Shown: one piece after another, positions 18,981 through 27,926 of the stretch
Position numbering within the stretch: the first letter of the stretch is position 1
How the letters are laid out: each line of letters begins with the position of its first letter
NCBI GenBank assembly: GCA_963932905.1
Contig: CAWVRN010000019.1
Coordinates: forward strand, 1 to 64,000
Direction: 5' to 3'
Source: an uncultured Bdellovibrio sp.
Lineage (GTDB): Bacteria > Bdellovibrionota > Bdellovibrionia > Bdellovibrionales > Bdellovibrionaceae
DNA: 64,000 nucleotides
The notes under the pieces: generated by a model
What the model was told of the DNA's origin: nothing
The model's database searches: none
What the model saw: the letters and a program-made list of their open reading frames with translations, nothing else
Program-made: the position numbers and the translations under genes

Positions 18981-19820
18981 CTAAGCGACCGTTTTGGCGT
19001 TTGTCTGTTGTCTTTGATCTCTGATTTCCGTTAAGTAATCTTTGATTTTCTCTTTGAAGGCCATACGTTCACCAATTGGGATGTGACCAATTGTTTTTTC
19101 GACCAGGAATGCGAATGTACATTGATTGTTCATTGCACGAACAGAGTCCGCGATCATTTTGCGCTGCTTAACTTCTTCGTAGGCGATTTTATTTGCGTAG
19201 TCAGATAGTGGTAAGAAAATTAAGTTTGCTACGGCGATACCCCAGAAAGTAGCGACTAGGGCGATGGCCATTGCCGGACCGATAGTTTCAGCGCCGCCAG
19301 ATCCTAAACGAGTCATCATCACGATCATACCCGTCGATGCACCCAATAGACCGAACGCAGGTGGAAATTTTGCGATCGCATTTAGGATTTTAGCATCGTT
19401 TTGGTATTCGCTTTTTATTTGTTCAATACGGGTATCAAGAATTTCTTCAAGTTCATGATCGTCGAATTGATTTTTCGAAATCATTTTCACAGATTCAACT
19501 AGGAATGGATGATAATGAGTGTTCATAAAAAACTGTTCAATACGATTTTCTTTTAGGAATGAATACGATCTGAAAATTTGTTCACCAATGACGTAGCTAT
19601 CGACTTTACGTTTAAGGATAACTCCAGAAATAAAAAAGTTAACAAAACCAAGGAGCTTTTTCGCGGGAAACGCAATCAGTGCGGCCGCTACGGTACCACC
19701 AATAACTAAAATTAAAGCATGGGGATCCAGAAAGAGTTTAGGATTTGGAGACGATGAAAGTACACCGAACCAGATAACACACGACGCAGCTAAAAAACCC
19801 AACACAGTTGAAATATTCAT
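18981..19820 (-). CDS. MotA/PomA-family proton-channel protein
   Basis: LILVIGGTVAA, PAFGLLGASTGMIVMM, IGPAMAIALVATFWGIAVANLIFLP; abuts the motB-like gene. Confidence 0.88.
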   Translation of the reverse strand: MNISTVLGFLAASCVIWFGVLSSSPNPKLFLDPHALILVIGGTVAAALIAFPAKKLLGFVNFFISGVILKRKVDSYVIGEQIFRSYSFLKENRIEQFFMNTHYHPFLVESVKMISKNQFDDHELEEILDTRIEQIKSEYQNDAKILNAIAKFPPAFGLLGASTGMIVMMTRLGSGGAETIGPAMAIALVATFWGIAVANLIFLPLSDYANKIAYEEVKQRKMIADSVRAMNNQCTFAFLVEKTIGHIPIGERMAFKEKIKDYLTEIRDQRQQTNAKTVA

Positions 19821-19827
19821 GTGTTCC

Positions 19828-19854
19828 TTATCGTGTTTTTGTTCATCATTTCTA
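19828..19854 (-). promoter_or_regulatory. Possible sigma28 (FliA) promoter of the motA-like gene
   Basis: Minus strand TAGA-N15-CACGATAA versus consensus TAAA-N15-GCCGATAA; 7 nt before the ATG. Confidence 0.4.
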
Positions 19855-20101
19855 GTCTAGATTCGCTGCAGGACGTTCCCGTCTAGTCGGGGAGTCTAGT
19901 GCCGTCGGCTCTTGCGGTGGTCAACCAAAGTCGAGCGTCAAAATTTTATAGGGTGGCCAAAAATATTTTGGTCCTGATTCACCGAACACCGTCGAAATTC
20001 CGTCATAGATGAAAGGTTATGTGGTCTGGATGGCTCCGTGGGCTTGAGGTTCGTCCAGATATTCTGGTCTTTAGAATGGAAAGTAGGAAAAAAAGTCCAG
20101 A

Positions 20102-20117
20102 TGGCACTTTGATTGCT
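20102..20117 (+). promoter_or_regulatory. sigma54 (-24/-12) promoter of the fliL operon
   Basis: TGGCACTTTGATTGCT, a near-perfect TGGCAC-N5-TTGC. Confidence 0.8.
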
Positions 20118-20168
20118 GCTAAAGGTTTTAAGGGGAAAAGTGTCATTTCTTCGTTAGGGAGGATTGAA

Positions 20169-20720
20169 GTGGCTGAAGACAAAGCAGCAGCGGCAGCACC
20201 GGCACCAGCGGCAGCGCCAGCATCGGGTGGATCTAAGACGAACATTATTTATGTCGTACTTATAGTTATTAATATGTTTTTCTTAGCCGGCGTAGGATGG
20301 ATGATCTACCAAGGAAAGAAAAAGGACAATGCCGAGCCAAAGATCGAGCACGTTATTAAAGGCGAGCACGATACTCAAGAGGCTGAGCACAAGGAAGAGA
20401 AGCAATTCATTGGGAAAGTAGTTCCACTGGAAACCTTTATCGTGAACCTAGCGGGCTCTAAAGGCCGCAAAGTTGCGAAAGTGATGATGGAATTAGAACT
20501 GAAGGACAATGAAGGTAAAAACGTAGCAGACGAAATCGACAAGCGTAAAGCGCAAGTCCGCGACATAATTATCATTATCTTATCTTCGAAAAAGTATGAG
20601 GAAGTTTCTAATAAAGAAGGAATTGAAAACTTGAAAGGTGAGATCAAAGACACCATCAATTCATTCCTGACGAATGGAAAAATCTCGAACGTGTTCTTCA
20701 CTGAGTTTATTTACAACTAA
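20169..20720 (+). CDS. fliL: Flagellar basal body-associated protein FliL
   Basis: Single TM helix, PLETFIVNL, QVRDIII, VFFTEF; GTG 20169 follows GGGAGG and lies downstream of the sigma54 site. Confidence 0.9.
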   Translation: MAEDKAAAAAPAPAAAPASGGSKTNIIYVVLIVINMFFLAGVGWMIYQGKKKDNAEPKIEHVIKGEHDTQEAEHKEEKQFIGKVVPLETFIVNLAGSKGRKVAKVMMELELKDNEGKNVADEIDKRKAQVRDIIIIILSSKKYEEVSNKEGIENLKGEIKDTINSFLTNGKISNVFFTEFIYN

Positions 20721-20730
20721 GGACTGTTGA

Positions 20731-21732
20731 ATGAATCAAGTACTATCGCAAAACGAAGTTGATGCACTCTTAGCCGCGGTCTCCGATGGCGATGTGGGCT
20801 CACCGGAGGTCGCTAAAGAGAGCATCGGATCGGTTAAATCGTCGGACGATAAAAAGATCGTATCATATGATTTAACAAGCCAGGATAGAATTATCCGTGG
20901 CCGATTGCCTCAGCTTGAAGTTATCTATGAAAAATTTATGAGAGCGTTCCGTGTATCTTTGTCGTCGTCTCTTAGAAAAATTGCGTCGATTTCTTTAACA
21001 AGTACTGAGTTCTTAAAATTCGGTGAGTTTATCAATACATTACCAATGCCAACCTGTATGTCAGTTCTACGTTTTAACAATCTGCGTGGTTCGGCATTGA
21101 TGGTTATCGAAAGTAAACTCGCCTACGCATTAGTCGATTCTTTCTTCGGTGGTGCCGATCGCCCGTACACTAAAATTGACGGTAAAGATTTTACACCAAT
21201 TGAATTAAGCATCGTTCGTAAAGTTGTTGAACTTGCAATTCACGATCTAGAAAATGCTTGGGCTAGCGTTGAAAAAATCGGTTGTAGTTTTGTTCGTACC
21301 GAGGTTAATCCTCAGTTCGTTGGTATCGTTCCGCCGACAGACGTGGTTATCGCATCGACTTTTGACGTCGAGCTAGAAAACGCAACTGGTACGATTTCTA
21401 TGGTTATTCCGTACGCGACAATCGAGCCGATCAAACAAAAATTATCTACAGGTTTCCAAGTTGAGTCTGATCAAACAGATAAAAAACTTTGGACAGCAAT
21501 CATCAAAGAACAGTTGATGGATACAGAGCTAGAGATTCGTGTGAATCTAGGCGAAACATCTATTTTGCTGGAAGATCTAATGAGTTTAAAAGTTGGGGAT
21601 GTTATCCCTTTAACTCAGGATGCTACTGGCGAATTAGATATCAATGTTGAGAATGTTAAGAAATTTAGAGGCTATTACGGCAATCATCACGGAACTACGG
21701 CAGTGCAAGTCACTAGACCAGTTATAAAGTAA
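20731..21732 (+). CDS. fliM: Flagellar motor switch protein FliM
   Basis: LSQNEVDALL CheY-binding N-terminus, FFGG, EVNPQF, SpoA C-terminus. Confidence 0.96.
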   Translation: MNQVLSQNEVDALLAAVSDGDVGSPEVAKESIGSVKSSDDKKIVSYDLTSQDRIIRGRLPQLEVIYEKFMRAFRVSLSSSLRKIASISLTSTEFLKFGEFINTLPMPTCMSVLRFNNLRGSALMVIESKLAYALVDSFFGGADRPYTKIDGKDFTPIELSIVRKVVELAIHDLENAWASVEKIGCSFVRTEVNPQFVGIVPPTDVVIASTFDVELENATGTISMVIPYATIEPIKQKLSTGFQVESDQTDKKLWTAIIKEQLMDTELEIRVNLGETSILLEDLMSLKVGDVIPLTQDATGELDINVENVKKFRGYYGNHHGTTAVQVTRPVIK

Positions 21733-21745
21733 AAGGAGTTAGAAA

Positions 21746-22129
21746 ATGTCTGACGATCAATTGGATAATTTAGCCGAACAACTGGTACAAGAAGCCGAAG
21801 CAATGACTTTGTCTACTGATAAGCCAGCGGCTCCAAAAGCAGCAGGAAAAGCAGAACCAAAAGGCAACGACAGAAATCTACAACTGATTTTAGATATTCC
21901 GCTAAAGTTGTCAGTTGAATTGGGTCGTACAAAAATGCCAGTCAGTGAATTACTTAACCTAACTCAAGGTAGTGTTATCGAGCTAAATAAACTAGCCGGT
22001 GAACCAATGGAAGTTATGGTTAACGACAAACTAATCGCGCGCGGTGAAGCCGTCGTGGTAAATGAAAAGTTCGGTGTGCGTTTAACAGATGTTATCTCGC
22101 CAGCTGAACGTGTTGAACAATTGAAATAG
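21746..22129 (+). CDS. fliN: Flagellar motor switch protein FliN
   Basis: ILDIPLKLSVELGR...GSVIELNKLAGEP...IARGEAVVVNEKFGVR. Confidence 0.96.
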   Translation: MSDDQLDNLAEQLVQEAEAMTLSTDKPAAPKAAGKAEPKGNDRNLQLILDIPLKLSVELGRTKMPVSELLNLTQGSVIELNKLAGEPMEVMVNDKLIARGEAVVVNEKFGVRLTDVISPAERVEQLK

Positions 22130-22158
22130 AACTTAATTAATTAAATAGGGAACGACCA

Positions 22159-22929
22159 ATGAAATGGATTTTAGCGGTTTTCTTTCTAGCATTTAACGTA
22201 ATGGCCGAATCAGGATTAGCGGAGCTGCCTGTGGACGTGCAAAACGAAATTAAGACTACCGAAGCCTCGACAAAGAAAGACCTGAAGAAAGCAGTTACAC
22301 AAACGGAATCGGTTACGGTTGCGGAATCGGTTTCGGCAACGGAAACGGTTGCGGATGCGGCGACAGAAACAGCTCCGGTGTTGAACAAAGCTACAGCTAA
22401 AGAAAGCGAAATCCCACTGTCTTTAGAAACGACCAAAAAAGTTTCTTCAAGTGAAAATACATATTTCCGCATTATCATGATTATCGCGTTGCTTGGAACT
22501 TTAGCATCGGGAATGTGGTTCTTTGTCCGCAAGAACAAAATGCAAAATATTAAAAGAAATAAAAACGAAATCAAGATCTTGGCTCAGCATTATTTGGGTC
22601 CAAAGAAAAGCCTGGCGGTTGTGCGCGTAGCAGGTGAATCCATCTTGGTAGGTATAACAGATGCACATATCAACATGATCAAAACACTATCTTTAATGGA
22701 TGATGAATTGCCAGAAGTAACAAGTCAGAATTTCAAATCTGAACTCAGTGACCGGTTAGAAGACGAAGATATGATAGTTCAGCAGCCAACATCAAATACG
22801 TATAATAGAAAATCACAAATCAACACGAAAACGGCAACGGCCTCAACAGACGACGAGATGGATGAGTTTTCTATTAAAGGCATCAAAGACCTAGTTTCTT
22901 CAAAATTGAAAAACATGAGGTCTATCTAA
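22159..22929 (+). CDS. fliO: Flagellar biosynthesis protein FliO
   Basis: TM helix then LGPKKSLAVVRVAGESILVGIT; between fliN and fliP. Confidence 0.85.
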   Translation: MKWILAVFFLAFNVMAESGLAELPVDVQNEIKTTEASTKKDLKKAVTQTESVTVAESVSATETVADAATETAPVLNKATAKESEIPLSLETTKKVSSSENTYFRIIMIIALLGTLASGMWFFVRKNKMQNIKRNKNEIKILAQHYLGPKKSLAVVRVAGESILVGITDAHINMIKTLSLMDDELPEVTSQNFKSELSDRLEDEDMIVQQPTSNTYNRKSQINTKTATASTDDEMDEFSIKGIKDLVSSKLKNMRSI

Positions 22930-23699
22930 TGTTTAAATCAGGGAAGTCATTTTTCAATGAGAGTATATTTTGGAAGATCTTACTGGTCTTCTTGGTGACT
23001 TCGCCATGGACATTTGCGCAAGTAACTCTGCCGTCGGTGAACTTAGGTTTTAAAACGACAGATAACCCAAATGAAATAGTAAGCGCGATAAAAATTATCA
23101 TGGTTATGACGGTGTTAACTTTAGCACCAGCGATCTTGATTATGATGACTAGTTTTACGCGTATAATAATCGTATTTTCATTCTTACGTCAGGCTCTGGG
23201 CGTAAATCAAATGCCTCCAAATCAGCTTTTAGTAGGTCTTTCACTGTTCCTGACGTTTTTCATTATGGGACCTACTTTTGACGAATTAAATACCAAAGGT
23301 GTTCAGCCATTTTTAGCTAATAAAATTTCACAAGATCAAGCAATCACTGAAACTTTGGCGCCACTTCGTCGGTTTATGTTCACTCAAACACGCGACCAAG
23401 ACCTTGGTCTATTTGTAAAATTAGCAAAAATTGAGAAGCCTAAAACGCGTGCGGACGTTCCTACGCTAGTTTTGATACCCGCGTTTGTACTGTCTGAACT
23501 TAAGACAGCTTTCCAAATTGGTTTTATTATTTTTCTTCCATTTTTAGTAATCGATATCGTGGCATCAAGTGTCTTAATGGCAATGGGGATGATGATGCTA
23601 CCACCTGTCGTAATTTCGATGCCTTTAAAAATTATGCTTTTCGTTTTGGTTGACGGTTGGAGCTTGTTAGTCGGCTCGATGGTTAAAAGCTTCGGATAA
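22929..23699 (+). CDS. fliP: Flagellar export protein FliP
   Basis: MMTSFTRIIIV, PPNQ, SELKTAFQIGF, MGMMMLPP, FVLVDGW. Confidence 0.97.
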   Translation: MFKSGKSFFNESIFWKILLVFLVTSPWTFAQVTLPSVNLGFKTTDNPNEIVSAIKIIMVMTVLTLAPAILIMMTSFTRIIIVFSFLRQALGVNQMPPNQLLVGLSLFLTFFIMGPTFDELNTKGVQPFLANKISQDQAITETLAPLRRFMFTQTRDQDLGLFVKLAKIEKPKTRADVPTLVLIPAFVLSELKTAFQIGFIIFLPFLVIDIVASSVLMAMGMMMLPPVVISMPLKIMLFVLVDGWSLLVGSMVKSFG

Positions 23700-23708
23700 G
23701 GAATTAAA

Positions 23709-23981
23709 ATGACAGAAGAGTTAATTTTAAAATTAGGACAAGATGCCTTACGAACGACAGCGATGTTGGCCGCGCCGCTATTAGTGAGCACGTTAGTGAT
23801 CGGTTTGCTAGTGAGTATCTTTCAAGCTCTAACACAAATCAATGAAGCTACATTGACGTTCGTTCCCAAGATGATTTTGGTGGCGTTAATCTTGGTTTTT
23901 GCTGGGCCTTGGATGTTAGACATTTTATCTGCTTACACGATCGACTTATTTGAAAATATAGCCGTAATGGTGAGAGAATAA
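23709..23981 (+). CDS. fliQ: Flagellar export protein FliQ
   Basis: GLLVSIFQALTQINEATLTFVPK, GPWM. Confidence 0.96.
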   Translation: MTEELILKLGQDALRTTAMLAAPLLVSTLVIGLLVSIFQALTQINEATLTFVPKMILVALILVFAGPWMLDILSAYTIDLFENIAVMVRE

Positions 23982-24751
23982 TGTTTCAAAACTTGTTTTT
24001 GGATGAACGCTTAGTGATCGTATTTGTACTGATTCTAATCAGAGTCAGTTCCTATTTATTGTCATCAAGTATCTTCAATTCGTATCAAGTTTCTGCTCCG
24101 TTAAAAATATTGATTTCATTGATTATTTCGCTCGTAGCTTTTGAAGCCTACAAAACCACAAAGGTTCCGGTCGATAGTTTAATTATAGTGTTGGCCGCAA
24201 AAGAAGTTATTCTCGGTGTCGCTTTAGGAATGGTGACTCGTTTTTTCTTCTACGCTTTGAATATGGCCTCGGAGTTAACGTCGCAAGCGCTGGGTTTAGG
24301 GTCAGCTTCGATTTATAATCCATTAAGTGGTATCAATTCTAGTTTGATTGAGCAATTTCAAGGTACATTGGCCATTCTGATTTTCTTTGCATTGGAAGGT
24401 CATCATTTAATCGTTTCAGCTGTATTTCAAAGTTTCGAATTAGTTTCTATTTCACAAATGTCTATTAAGTTTGGCGGGCTAGGTGAATTTGTAAAGTGGT
24501 GTCAGATCCTATTTGAAATTGCTTTGAAAGTGGCTGCACCTGTTGTCAGCTCGTTGTTTTTAGTCAATTTAGGTATGGGTATTTTGGGTCGCGCGGTTCC
24601 GCAGATCAACGTATTTGTTACCAGCTTTCAAGTAACGATCATGGTCGGTTTCTTGATTCTATTTATTTCGATGCCTCTTTATATAAATGAAGTAATGCGT
24701 ATTTTAGATTTAACACAAACTCAAATGCTTAAAGTGATGGGGTCCTTTTAA
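23981..24751 (+). CDS. fliR: Flagellar export protein FliR
   Basis: Multi-TM; GHH; LGRAVPQINVF; gene order. Confidence 0.93.
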   Translation: MFQNLFLDERLVIVFVLILIRVSSYLLSSSIFNSYQVSAPLKILISLIISLVAFEAYKTTKVPVDSLIIVLAAKEVILGVALGMVTRFFFYALNMASELTSQALGLGSASIYNPLSGINSSLIEQFQGTLAILIFFALEGHHLIVSAVFQSFELVSISQMSIKFGGLGEFVKWCQILFEIALKVAAPVVSSLFLVNLGMGILGRAVPQINVFVTSFQVTIMVGFLILFISMPLYINEVMRILDLTQTQMLKVMGSF

Positions 24752-25818
24752 TGGCTGATGACAGCGACAACGAAAAGACCGAAGAAGCGTCGGATTCGAG
24801 GCGGGAAGAGTTCCGTAAACAAGGGAACGTTCCGCACACTCGGGAATTATCGACGGCATTGATGTTACTGGGCGTAGCGGGCCTAGTAAGTCTATTTGGT
24901 AGTTTCTATCAGCAACAATTTCGTGAATTGTTTCAGTATACCTTTGGTGACCAGCTAGTTTATTTTATTCGTGAAGGAAGTTTTGCAGAAGCCACTAGCT
25001 TGGTGGGAACAAAATTATTTATTATTGTTTTCCCGATAGTTTTAGTTGGAGCTCTACTAGGATCACTATCTAGTGTTCTTCAAATTGGCTTTATGTCAGT
25101 AGAAGACGCTTTATCGCCTAACCCAGAGCGTTTAAATCCAATCGAAGGATTTAAACGTATTTTCAGTCTTCGTGGTTTGGTTGAGGGTTTGAAATCATTG
25201 ATCAAGGTGGCACTGATTGGCGTCGTAGTTTATGTCACGCTAGAAAAAGAAGCCCACACTTGGCCCTACTTACAAACGTATTCAAAAGAACAATTGTTAG
25301 TTTATATCGGTTCAATGATTACTAAACTTTTCTTTGGTATTGGCATGGTCATGTTAGTTCTGGCCGCCGGCGATTATTTTTTCCAATGGTGGGATTTGGA
25401 AAAGAAAATGATGATGACTAAAGAAGAAATTAAAGAAGAAGTTAAGCAACGCGAAGGGGATCCTATGATCAAGGCCCGCATTCGCAAAATCCAAAGAGAA
25501 GTGGCGACTCGTCGTATGATGGACAAGGTTCCAAAAGGCGACGTAGTTATTACAAATCCGACTCATATCGCAGTTGTTCTTAAGTATGATGATAATTTAC
25601 CAGCACCACAATTGATCGCTAAGGGTGGAGATCTGATTGCAGAGAAAATCAAAGAGCTGGCGCGTGAACACAATATTCCAATTATTGAAAACAAACCGCT
25701 AGCACGAACTATTTTCAAAACTATGAAGCTAGGACAAGTTATTCCTAGGGAATTGTATGTGGCTGTTGCGGAAGTGTTGTCTTACGTATTCAAGTTGAAG
25801 AGAAAGGCTAAATTATGA
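24751..25818 (+). CDS. flhB: Flagellar export switch protein FlhB
   Basis: EKTEE, EGDP, NPTH autocleavage motif, PLAR, AVAEVL. Confidence 0.96.
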   Translation: MADDSDNEKTEEASDSRREEFRKQGNVPHTRELSTALMLLGVAGLVSLFGSFYQQQFRELFQYTFGDQLVYFIREGSFAEATSLVGTKLFIIVFPIVLVGALLGSLSSVLQIGFMSVEDALSPNPERLNPIEGFKRIFSLRGLVEGLKSLIKVALIGVVVYVTLEKEAHTWPYLQTYSKEQLLVYIGSMITKLFFGIGMVMLVLAAGDYFFQWWDLEKKMMMTKEEIKEEVKQREGDPMIKARIRKIQREVATRRMMDKVPKGDVVITNPTHIAVVLKYDDNLPAPQLIAKGGDLIAEKIKELAREHNIPIIENKPLARTIFKTMKLGQVIPRELYVAVAEVLSYVFKLKRKAKL

Positions 25819-27926
25819 ATGATTTCTTAGAGCCTGTATTTCAGTTTCTAAAAAGATTCGAAAAGTTAACAAAAAATACCGACCTTTTGATTGCCTTCGG
25901 TGTATTGGGAATCTTAACGGTGATGATCATTCCGTTGCCACCGATTATGTTAGATATTTCGTTAACATTTTCGTTAGCGATCAGTATCCTTATTCTTTTA
26001 GTTTCGATCTATTCTAAAAATGTTTTAGATTTTTCATCGTTCCCGAGTTTACTTCTATTGACGACGTTATTCCGTCTATCATTGAACGTAGCGACGACAC
26101 GTTTGATTTTAAGTCATGGTCACGAAGGTCCAAAAGCAGCCGGTGATGTGATCAACGCGTTTGGTAACTTCGTTGTTGGTAACAACTACGTAATCGGTTT
26201 TATCGTATTCATGATCTTGATCGTTATCAATTTCATCGTAATCACTAAAGGTTCGGGTCGCGTGGCCGAAGTCGCAGCTCGTTTCACGTTAGATGCAATG
26301 CCAGGTAAGCAAATGTCGATCGACGCCGATCTTAACGCCGGTTTGATCAATGAAACCGAAGCTCGCAAACGTCGTAAAGAAATTGAAAGAGAAGCCGACT
26401 TCTACGGTTCTATGGATGGTGCCAGCAAGTTCGTTCGTGGTGATGCTATTGCGGGTATCGTTATCATGGTTATCAACGTAGTGGGTGGTTTATTAATTGG
26501 TGTGATCCAAAAGAATTTGGATTTTGCAACAGCTGCTAAGTACTACACTATGTTAACTATCGGTGATGGTCTGCTAGCTCAGATCCCGGCACTTATCATC
26601 TCTACAGCGGCCGGTATGATCGTGACTCGTTCAGCGGGTAACGACGATAACATGGGGCAAGAAGTAGCTTCGCAATTATTTATCAGCACGCGCGCTGTCT
26701 ATATTTCAGCAGCTGTGTTGTTACTTTTAGGTATTGTACCGGGACTTCCGACCATTCCATTCTTTGCGATTGGTTTATTCCTAGCCACAATGGCTTGGGT
26801 CATCGACAAATACAAAGCAGAAACAGCGCTCGAAGAAAAAAAGAAAAGCGAAGCAGCGATTGCCGCTCCAAAAAAAGAAAACGTGGAGTCTTTGCTACCT
26901 TTAGATTTAGTAGAGCTAGAAGTTGGTTATGGTTTAATCCAGGTTGTGGAATCTAATAAGAGTGGCGATTTACTTGAACGTATCGTTTCTATCAGAAAAC
27001 AATTTGCTCTGGATTTAGGTATCATTGTTCCTAGCGTTCATATTCGCGATAATTTGCAGTTGGGACCAGGTGATTACCAATTGATGATTAAAGGTAATCG
27101 TGTGGGTGGCGGTACATTGAAATCGGATTATCTGTTGGCAATGGATCCAGGAAATGTGTCTGATCCAATTGAAGGTATTCCTACAAAAGAACCGGCGTTT
27201 GGACTGGATGCATTGTGGATTCATCCATCACGCAAAGAACAAGCGGAAATGTCTGGATACACAGTGGTGGATTTACCTACGGTTATGGCCACTCACTTAA
27301 CAGAAATCTTGCGTACCCATGCCCATGAATTACTTGGTCGCCAAGAGGCTAGCCAGTTGATCGAAAATTTCAAGAAGATCAATCCAAAAGTGGTGGAAGA
27401 GCTTATTCCAGATATGTTGCCACTGGGTTCAGTTGTTCGTGTTATGCAAAACTTGCTTAAAGAACAGGTTTCTATACGTGACATGTTAACAATATTTGAA
27501 ACGTTAGCTGATGAGGCGCCTAAACAAAAAGATGTAGAGGTATTAACTGAAGGTGTTCGCAAAGGTCTATCACGCGCGATCACTCGCAAATATACCAATG
27601 ATTCTGGCCGTATTCCAGTGATGACGTTGCACCCAAATATTGAAGAAAATATTGCGAATTCATTACTGCAAACCGAACAAGGTGTTCAGTTAGTGATGGA
27701 TCCACAAACGGCTCATCACCTAATTAATCAAATCGCAATTACCGTGGAACAAAACCCAGAGATCGCAGGGCAGCCAATCTTGCTTGCGTCGCCAATGGCG
27801 CGACGTCATCTGTTCAAGCTGACTCATCGGTTTATTCCTCAACTTATCGTTCTGTCACACAACGAGCTTAGTTCAGATGCTCATATTCAATCCGTAGCCA
27901 CTGTGGAGATAACTCATGCAAGTTAG
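25815..27926 (+). CDS. flhA: Flagellar export protein FlhA
   Basis: RVAEVAARFTLDAMPGKQMSIDADL, FYGSMDGASKFVRGDA, TIGDGL. Confidence 0.97.
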   Translation: MNDFLEPVFQFLKRFEKLTKNTDLLIAFGVLGILTVMIIPLPPIMLDISLTFSLAISILILLVSIYSKNVLDFSSFPSLLLLTTLFRLSLNVATTRLILSHGHEGPKAAGDVINAFGNFVVGNNYVIGFIVFMILIVINFIVITKGSGRVAEVAARFTLDAMPGKQMSIDADLNAGLINETEARKRRKEIEREADFYGSMDGASKFVRGDAIAGIVIMVINVVGGLLIGVIQKNLDFATAAKYYTMLTIGDGLLAQIPALIISTAAGMIVTRSAGNDDNMGQEVASQLFISTRAVYISAAVLLLLGIVPGLPTIPFFAIGLFLATMAWVIDKYKAETALEEKKKSEAAIAAPKKENVESLLPLDLVELEVGYGLIQVVESNKSGDLLERIVSIRKQFALDLGIIVPSVHIRDNLQLGPGDYQLMIKGNRVGGGTLKSDYLLAMDPGNVSDPIEGIPTKEPAFGLDALWIHPSRKEQAEMSGYTVVDLPTVMATHLTEILRTHAHELLGRQEASQLIENFKKINPKVVEELIPDMLPLGSVVRVMQNLLKEQVSIRDMLTIFETLADEAPKQKDVEVLTEGVRKGLSRAITRKYTNDSGRIPVMTLHPNIEENIANSLLQTEQGVQLVMDPQTAHHLINQIAITVEQNPEIAGQPILLASPMARRHLFKLTHRFIPQLIVLSHNELSSDAHIQSVATVEITHAS

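Noticed and set aside
17823..19820. Zorya (ZorAB) anti-phage system
   Set aside because: The A subunit is MotA-sized with no long cytoplasmic tail, the B subunit lacks an OmpA-like domain, and no ZorC/D/E-like helicase or nuclease is adjacent.
20019..20168. N-terminal extension of FliL from the ORF track
   Set aside because: It contains the sigma54 promoter; GTG 20169 has a strong RBS.
22303..22370. Degenerate 18-nt repeats in fliO (TESVTV/AESVSA/TETVAD)
   Set aside because: Ordinary low-complexity linker expansion.
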